Assembly (NCBI GenBank): GCA_001917585.1
Contig: MNEG01000148.1
Span: 1-61,675, forward strand
Direction: 5' to 3'
DNA length: 61,675 nt
DNA from: Candidatus Rokubacteria bacterium 13_1_40CM_68_15
GTDB lineage: Bacteria > Methylomirabilota > Methylomirabilia > Rokubacteriales > CSP1-6
The position numbers and the translations under genes are program-made. The notes under the pieces were generated by a model. That model made no database searches. It was not told the origin of the DNA and saw nothing but the letters and a program-made list of their open reading frames with translations. This document shows, in pieces, positions 54,901 through 60,881 of this stretch (position 1 is its first letter; each line of letters starts with the position of its first letter).

Positions 54901-55477
54901 CGATCCCGGACTCAACCTGGCGGTCGTCATGGACCAGGGCGATCCCTATGGGACCAACGAGGGTGGAGTGATGGTCGTCAACCTCATGACCAACCGGGTG
55001 AGCGCGTGGTTCTCGGCGGGCACGGCCTTCTTCACGTCCGGCCTGGCGGTGGACCCGGTTCGTCATCTCGCCTTCGTCGGCAACGCCCTCGGCGACCCGA
55101 ATCAGGTTCCCGCGGACGGGCAGCCGTACCTCGGCTCGCTGACGCGCATCAACTTGAACGATCTCGCCCAGCCGCCGTTGACGGTCACGACGAACGAGTT
55201 TCCGAACGGCGTGGCCGTCGATCCGGGGACGGTGTCGACCAGGCACTCGGCGATCGTCGTGAACACGCAGAGCAACGATCTCACGGCGGTGAACGTCGAC
55301 AACCCTGCGCTGACCACCACGCTGCCCTTCGCAGCCTCGGGCGGTAACCTCGCCCTCGACATCGCCTGGCAGCCGGACGCCGTCCTCGGCCTGATCTTGA
55401 CCGGCTCCGCGATCCCTGCAGAGCTCGGCGGCAACAACGCGTTCGTCATCGGCCTCTCACCTTCGCGCCTTCCCTGA
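51982..55477 (+). pseudogene. S24/S26-type peptidase + TM + YVTN beta-propeller + IPT/TIG repeats + second propeller-like region, one long gene broken by five frame changes
   Basis: TTG 51982 with GAGGAG SD. GLSMAPTIDDGDRVLV...FRGDN peptidase block and TM helix GGALVLIAALAALLSLG. Homology then continues through frames mod1 > mod2 (~52491-52511) > mod1 (~52815) > mod0 (~53559) > mod1 (~53975) > mod2 (~54460), to stop 55477. Confidence 0.65.
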
Positions 55478-55568
55478 CGCCGCTGCGCTCATCGCCCTGG
55501 TCGGCGCCTATGCCGCCGGCCAGGGTGAGCGCTGGCAGCCGCCGGCCGATCTCGCTTCGCTGATCGCG

Positions 55569-56609
55569 GTGGCCGCGCGCCACCAGCTCACGCCGCTCTT
55601 GGGTACGGTGCTCGCGGACCGCCGGGGGGTCGACCCTGGTGCCGCGGCCGCGTTGCAGCAAGAGCGCTACTACGTCGTGCGTCGTCAGGCCCAGCTGGCC
55701 GCGCTGGCGGGGCCGTACCTGGATGCGTTGCGCGCGCGCGAGATCCCGGTGATCGTCCTCAAGGGCGGCATCCTGGCCGAGCGTTACTACCGCCGCGCCG
55801 ACGACCGACCGATGCACGACGTCGATCTCCTCGTCCGTCCCGGCGACGTGGAGAAAGCGCTGGCGGCGGCAACGGACGTTGGCCTCGAACGCTTCGACGA
55901 CGCTCACACGCTGGACTTCGACCTCCGGTTCGACACGAAGACTGTCCTGACGCGCCACCGCGACGACCTTCGCCAGCCGTCGCTCGACCTCCATTGGGCG
56001 CTCATGCGCGACTGGCTCGGCGCGAGCGGCAATGCCTGGCTCGAGACCGCGTGGCAGCGCTCGCAGCCGGCCACGTTCGCGGGGCGACCTGTGCGCTCGC
56101 TCGCGCCGCCGGATCTCCTCGTGCACGTGGTCCTCCATCTGGGCATCCAGCACGCCTTCGAGGGACTGTTGTGGTTCTGCGACGTCGCGCTGATCGCCGC
56201 GGCGCTGAACGATCGAGCCGACTGGGAAGAGGCAATCCGCGGCGCCCGCCGCCTCGGCTTCGGAGCGGCACTGGCGGTGACGCTCGACCTGCTCGACGAC
56301 CTCTTCGATATTCGCACGCCCGTGGAAGTTCGCCGCCGCCTGGGGCGGCGCTCCCCGCGCTACGCCTTGGCCCGCCATCTCGTCCGGAGCCACATCGCGC
56401 GGCTCGAGCCCCTGAGCCATCTCGAATATCTTCTGCCGCTCCTGCTCATGGACACGAGCCGGAAGGCGCTCGGCACGGCCTGGCGGCGAGTGGTACCGTC
56501 GCGTACGTGGCTCGAGCTGCGTTATCCGGAGACCCGCTGGCCCATGCACTACGTCCGCCACGGCCTGGCGACGGCGCGTTTCGCCGTCCGTACCGTGCGG
56601 GGCCGCTGA
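55569..56609 (+). CDS. Uncharacterised nucleotidyltransferase family protein (NTP_transf_5-like)
   Basis: IPVIVLKGGILAERYY...RPMHDVDLLVRPGDVEKA...LDLHWAL pattern of this family. First canonical start is GTG 55569, but the frame is open and protein-like from 55401. Confidence 0.7.
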   Translation: MAARHQLTPLLGTVLADRRGVDPGAAAALQQERYYVVRRQAQLAALAGPYLDALRAREIPVIVLKGGILAERYYRRADDRPMHDVDLLVRPGDVEKALAAATDVGLERFDDAHTLDFDLRFDTKTVLTRHRDDLRQPSLDLHWALMRDWLGASGNAWLETAWQRSQPATFAGRPVRSLAPPDLLVHVVLHLGIQHAFEGLLWFCDVALIAAALNDRADWEEAIRGARRLGFGAALAVTLDLLDDLFDIRTPVEVRRRLGRRSPRYALARHLVRSHIARLEPLSHLEYLLPLLLMDTSRKALGTAWRRVVPSRTWLELRYPETRWPMHYVRHGLATARFAVRTVRGR

Positions 56610-57388
56610 CGCGCGCCGCTCTCACCGTCGCGCTCATCGCCGCTCTCGCGCTCGGCGGCCGCTCGTCCACGGCATCCGCCGTCGCTCAGTCCGAGGTCCC
56701 GACGTACGGCGTCGAGATCGTCGGCAACCGGCCGCACGACCCCGAGGCGTTCACGCAAGGCCTCGTCTTCCACGAGGGTGTACTCTACGAGAGCACCGGG
56801 CTCCACGGCCGATCGAGCGTACGGAAGGTCGACGTCGAGACGGGCCGCGTCCTGGCCCGACGGAGCGTGCCCCGCCAGCACTTTGCCGAGGGCCTCACGA
56901 TCTTCCAGGGCCGGGTCGTTCAGCTCACGTGGCAATCACAGAAGGGCTTCGTCTACGACCTCGGCTTCCGCCTGACGCGCGAGTTTGCCTACGTCGGCGA
57001 GGGCTGGGGACTGACCCACGACGGCACGTCGCTCATCATGAGCGACGGCACCGCGCGTCTCCGCTTTCTCGATCCGGCCACGTTCGCCGTCCGCCGCGTG
57101 CTCGACGTCAGCGATGCCGGCCGTCCTGTCGAGTCGCTCAACGAGCTCGAGCTCGTGCGTGGCGAGATCTACGCGAACGTCTGGCCCACCGACTGGATCG
57201 TGCGGATCGACCCCGCCTCGGGGCGCGTCGTCGGACGCGTCGATCTCACCGGGCTCCTGGCGCCGCACGAGCGACGCGGCAACGAGGACGTGGCCAACGG
57301 CATTGCCTACGACGCGTCCGCCGATCGCCTGTTCCTCACCGGCAAGCTGTGGCCGCGACTCTACGAGGTCCGTCTCCGCCGGCGGTAA
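56507..57388 (+). CDS. Glutaminyl-peptide cyclotransferase (plant/bacterial beta-propeller type), secreted
   Basis: YGVEIVGNRPHDPEAFTQGLVFHEGVLYESTGLHGRSSVRKVD..., WGLTHDG, NELELVRGEIYANVW and ANGIAYD are typical of the family. The signal peptide begins at 56606 (CTG). The only canonical upstream start is GTG 56507. Confidence 0.75.
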   Translation: MARAALSGDPLAHALRPPRPGDGAFRRPYRAGPLTRAALTVALIAALALGGRSSTASAVAQSEVPTYGVEIVGNRPHDPEAFTQGLVFHEGVLYESTGLHGRSSVRKVDVETGRVLARRSVPRQHFAEGLTIFQGRVVQLTWQSQKGFVYDLGFRLTREFAYVGEGWGLTHDGTSLIMSDGTARLRFLDPATFAVRRVLDVSDAGRPVESLNELELVRGEIYANVWPTDWIVRIDPASGRVVGRVDLTGLLAPHERRGNEDVANGIAYDASADRLFLTGKLWPRLYEVRLRRR

Positions 57389-57394
57389 CTTAAA

Positions 57395-58441
57395 GTGGTA
57401 GTATCCCGGCCCGTGCTCGACACGACCATCACGGGGAGCCTTCCCAAGCCCGCCTGGCTGGCCGCCCCGGAGACACTGTGGGCGCCGTGGCGTCTGCCCT
57501 CTGAAACGCTGGCCGAGGGCCAGCGCGATGCGGTCCTGATCGCGCTCGAGCTCCAGGAAGCGGCTGGCATCGACATCGTGACCGACGGCGAGCAGTCGCG
57601 CCAGCACTTCGTCCACGGCTTTCTCGCCCGGATCGACGGCGTCGACTTCGCCAGGCGCGTGACCATCGGCATCCGGGCCGACCGCTACAAGGCCGAGGTG
57701 CCGACGGTGACCGGGCCGCTCCGGCGGCGCGAGCCCGTCCATCTCGACGAGGTGCGCTGGGCCCGCGCGCACACCGAGCGCCGCCTGAAATTCACGCTCC
57801 CGGGCCCCATGACGATCGTCGATACCCTGGCCGACGAGTATTTCCGTGACCGTCGCGCGCTGGCCATGGAATTCGCTCGCGTGCTCAACGAGGAGATGCG
57901 TGACCTGGAGGCGGCCGGGCTCGACGTCGTCCAGCTCGACGAGCCGGCGTTCAACGTCTACATGGACGATGTGGCCGCCTGGGGCATCGAAGCGCTCCAT
58001 CGCGCCGTCGACGGCCTGCGCTGTACCACCGCCGTCCACATCTGTTACGGCTACGGCATCAAGGCCAACGTCGACTGGAAGCGGACACTCGGGAGCGAGT
58101 GGCGGCAGTACGAGCAGACGTTCCCGCTGCTCGCCAACAGCCGCATCGACCAGATCTCCCTCGAGTGCCGGAACTCCCGGGTGCCGCTCGAGCTGCTCGA
58201 CCTGCTCCGAGGCAAGGACGTGCTCGTGGGGTGCATCGACGTGGCGACTCACGACGTCGAGGGAGCGGAGGACGTCGCCGCGACCATCCGGGCCGCCATG
58301 AAGTACGTCCCTCCCGAGCGGCTGTTTCCGTGCACGAACTGTGGCATGGTGCCGTTGCCGCGCGAGGTCGCTCGGCGAAAGCTGCTCGCGCTCGGGGCCG
58401 GCGCGCGCCTGGTTCGCCGCGAGCTTCAGGGCCACGAATGA
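57395..58441 (+). CDS. Cobalamin-independent methionine synthase (MetE C-terminal)-like protein, paralog of 5396..6454
   Basis: TTITGSLPKPAWL, VTDGEQSRQHF, LDEPAF, HICYGYG and CTNCGM. Start GTG 57395 or 57413. Confidence 0.8.
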   Translation: MVVSRPVLDTTITGSLPKPAWLAAPETLWAPWRLPSETLAEGQRDAVLIALELQEAAGIDIVTDGEQSRQHFVHGFLARIDGVDFARRVTIGIRADRYKAEVPTVTGPLRRREPVHLDEVRWARAHTERRLKFTLPGPMTIVDTLADEYFRDRRALAMEFARVLNEEMRDLEAAGLDVVQLDEPAFNVYMDDVAAWGIEALHRAVDGLRCTTAVHICYGYGIKANVDWKRTLGSEWRQYEQTFPLLANSRIDQISLECRNSRVPLELLDLLRGKDVLVGCIDVATHDVEGAEDVAATIRAAMKYVPPERLFPCTNCGMVPLPREVARRKLLALGAGARLVRRELQGHE

Positions 58442-58468
58442 GCCTCGGCATCGCATGATGACGCTGGC

Positions 58469-58972
58469 GTGCGCTGGCTGATCGACGGCTACAACGTCAT
58501 CCGTCGTGACGCCGACCTGAGCGCGGCCGAGGCGGGAGGCCTTCACGTCGGCCGGGCGGCCCTGCTGAGACTCGTGGCCGGCGCGGCCCGCCGCCATTCC
58601 GATCACTTCACCGTCGTGTTCGACGGCGCTCCCGGTGCCGGGCCTACCGAGAGCCCGGGGCAAGTGGAGGTCCTCTTCTCGCGGCCGCCGGAGAAAGCCG
58701 ACGACGTTCTGATCCGCCTCGCGCGACAGTCGGGCGACGGCGACGCGGTCGTGAGCGACGATCGCACCGTCGCCGATGCAGCGCGGCGCGCGCGGTGCGC
58801 CGCGATCGGCACCGCCGACTTCGTCGCTGCCCTCAGCGGCGGCGGCGACGGCGGGGACGAGAAAGACGAGGACGAGGATGACGCCGACGAGCCGAAGCAC
58901 GGCAATCCGCGACGGCTCTCGAAGGACGCGCGGGCGGCTCAGCGCGCGTTGCGCCGACTGCGGAGGCGCTGA
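58469..58972 (+). CDS. NYN/YacP-like (DUF901) nuclease-fold protein with acidic tail
   Basis: WLIDGYNVIRR..., FTVVFDG, EKADDVLIRL and VVSDDRTV are YacP-type motifs. GTG start. Confidence 0.7.
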   Translation: MRWLIDGYNVIRRDADLSAAEAGGLHVGRAALLRLVAGAARRHSDHFTVVFDGAPGAGPTESPGQVEVLFSRPPEKADDVLIRLARQSGDGDAVVSDDRTVADAARRARCAAIGTADFVAALSGGGDGGDEKDEDEDDADEPKHGNPRRLSKDARAAQRALRRLRRR

Positions 58973-58981
58973 CCGCGCAGA

Positions 58982-59746
58982 TCACCCGATCCGCCGCTCG
59001 CGGAGTTTCCACCAGGCCAGGAGCGCTCCCGAAAGCAGTCGAGTGCCCGCGAGGTAGGTGGAGAACTCGGCGGGGCCAGGCTCGCCGAGTACTGCGATGC
59101 GATTGAGCTGGTAGGGATCGTCTCGTGGGCCCACGCCGCCCAGGTCGATGGTGAAGGCCATCGCGAACCCGGCCCGTCGCACCACCGTCGCCACCACGGA
59201 ATTCCGGGCGCCGTACGGATAGCAGAACGCTTCGATCGCTCGTCCGAGCGCGTCCTCGAGCACTCGCTTGGAGCCGATCACCTCACGCTCCAGTGCCTGC
59301 GGCGAGAGCGTGGTCAAGTCGGGATGCGTGTGCGTGTGACAGCCGATCGTGTGGCCGGCCACGGCGAGCGCCTCGAGATCACGTCGGCTGATCGAGCTGT
59401 CGGGCTCGTCGAGGTCTCCGGAGATTGGAAAGAACGTCGCGGACAATTTCAGTGCGTCGAGCACCGGGACGGCGTTCTCGATCTGATCACCATACCCGCC
59501 GTCGAACGTCAGCAGCACCGCCGGGGTCGGGCAGGGCGCCGAGCCACTCAACCAGTCGGTGAGCTGGCGCAGGGAGATCACGGTGTAGTCCCCTTCGGCG
59601 AGAATGTCCATCTGGGCGGCAAAACGCGCCCGACTCCGGACGGAGTGGTAGCAGAGCACACGCACGTCGGCGCCGGCGAAGGACACGGAGAGCTCGCGCA
59701 GCGCGCGCCACGCCCCCATGCCGGCATGGTATCCAAATGTTGACAC
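58982..59746 (-). CDS. Polysaccharide deacetylase family protein
   Basis: 254 aa. LTFDGGYGDQ (TFDDG-like) and GCHTHTHPDL motifs. Confidence 0.8.
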   Translation of the reverse strand: MSTFGYHAGMGAWRALRELSVSFAGADVRVLCYHSVRSRARFAAQMDILAEGDYTVISLRQLTDWLSGSAPCPTPAVLLTFDGGYGDQIENAVPVLDALKLSATFFPISGDLDEPDSSISRRDLEALAVAGHTIGCHTHTHPDLTTLSPQALEREVIGSKRVLEDALGRAIEAFCYPYGARNSVVATVVRRAGFAMAFTIDLGGVGPRDDPYQLNRIAVLGEPGPAEFSTYLAGTRLLSGALLAWWKLRERRIG

Positions 59747-59775
59747 CGGGGTGGGCGGGATGACAGCGTTGGCGC

Positions 59776-60324
59776 ATGCGCGCCTTGTCGCGCAGTGCCC
59801 GGCTCCTCTCGCTGCTCGTTCTGCTCGCCGCGGTTGCCAGCATCGCGGGCGCGCAGCCCACGTCGCTCGACGGTGCCGTCGTCCGCGTCGTCGATGGCGA
59901 CACCATCCACGTCCGGCTCGCCGACCGTGTCGAGAAGGTGCGCTACATCGGTGTCAACACCCCCGAGGTCCATCACCCTCGAAAGGGTGAGGAACCGGGC
60001 GGGCGCGAGGCGGCCGAGGTCAATCGCGAGCTCGTCGAGAACAAGCGTGTGCGTCTGGAGCTCGACGTTCAGTCTCGCGACCGCTACGGTCGGTTGCTCG
60101 CCTACGTCTGGGTGTCAGCGGGAGCCGAGCGAGCCGACGGGGCTGGGCCGCCCCAGTCGCGACGTGATGAGTCAGAAAATTGGATCATGGTCAACGCCGA
60201 GCTGGTGCGTCTGGGCTACGCCCAGGTGATGACGGTTCCGCCCAACGTGCGCTACCAGACCCTGTTCTTGAAGCTGCAGCGCGACGCCCGAGAGTCGGGA
60301 CGGGGGCTCTGGAAGGGCGTCTAA
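59776..60324 (+). CDS. Secreted thermonuclease (SNase-like) family protein
   Basis: Signal peptide. VVDGDTIHV, VRYIGVNTPE, DRYGRLLAYVW and NAELVRLGYA motifs. Confidence 0.8.
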   Translation: MRALSRSARLLSLLVLLAAVASIAGAQPTSLDGAVVRVVDGDTIHVRLADRVEKVRYIGVNTPEVHHPRKGEEPGGREAAEVNRELVENKRVRLELDVQSRDRYGRLLAYVWVSAGAERADGAGPPQSRRDESENWIMVNAELVRLGYAQVMTVPPNVRYQTLFLKLQRDARESGRGLWKGV

Positions 60325-60370
60325 GCTGCCGATCACCGTCTTGATGGTGTCCTGCGTCTCTGGCCGCTGA

Positions 60371-60666
60371 GCCTCGACCACCTATCCCGCCGTGAGCGGG
60401 ATGCGCGATGCCGCGGTCCGCCTCGACGTGGCCGCGAACAACGTCGCCAATGCCACCACTGAGGGCTTCCGCCCGTCCCGCGTCGTGAGCACGGCTCTCC
60501 CGGGCGGCGGGGTGGCCTCGAGTGTCGTTCCGGGCGACCTCGAGGCGTGGATCTCGCCGGCGAGATGGTCGGCATGATGGTGGCCAAGGCCGCGTTCGTC
60601 GCGAACGCGAAGATCATGTCGGCGGCGTCCCAGACTGACCGTCGCGCCATCAGCCTGCTGGCCTGA
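60371..60666 (+). pseudogene. Flagellar basal-body rod protein (FlgC/FlgB-like) relic, shortened and frameshifted
   Basis: N-terminal rod motif SGMRDAAVRLDVAANNVANATTEGFRP (frame of 60392). C-terminal rod motif VDLAGEMVGMMVAKAAFVANAKIMSAASQ...LLA in another frame from ~60547 to stop 60666. Total about 97 aa, shorter than typical FlgB/FlgC rod proteins. Confidence 0.45.
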
Positions 60667-60694
60667 CCGGTCGGGTACCCCTTGGATCGCTCGG

Positions 60695-60881
60695 CGTACC
60701 CTCGCCTCGCGACTGGCGGAATCCCAACGTTCGCTCACCTCGGGCTCGGGGCCCCAGCCCCGGACGCCCTGCGGCTCGCACAGCGGCCCGCTCGCGTCGC
60801 TCGGCTCGGACTGATCTTGAACTCGTACCCTCGCCTCGCGACTGGCGGGGCCCAGCCCGCCCGCGTCGCTCGGCTCGGACT
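60695..60881. repeat. Intergenic tandem direct repeat (118-nt unit plus 58-nt internally deleted copy)
   Basis: Perfect 25-nt cgtaccctcgcctcgcgactggcgg at 60695-60719 and 60824-60848. Both units end in ...cgcgtcgctcggctcggact (60793-60812 and 60862-60881). Confidence 0.55.

Noticed and set aside
52574-55477. Treating ORFs 52574..52825, 53331..54050, 53986..54546 and 54482..55477 as independent genes
   Set aside because: Each starts at an internal GTG in the middle of a repeat or IPT domain. Domain homology runs seamlessly across each ORF boundary when the frame is shifted, and the off-frame overlaps are junk.
60695-60881. CRISPR array
   Set aside because: Only two repeat units of unequal length, with no regular spacers and no cas genes anywhere in the window.
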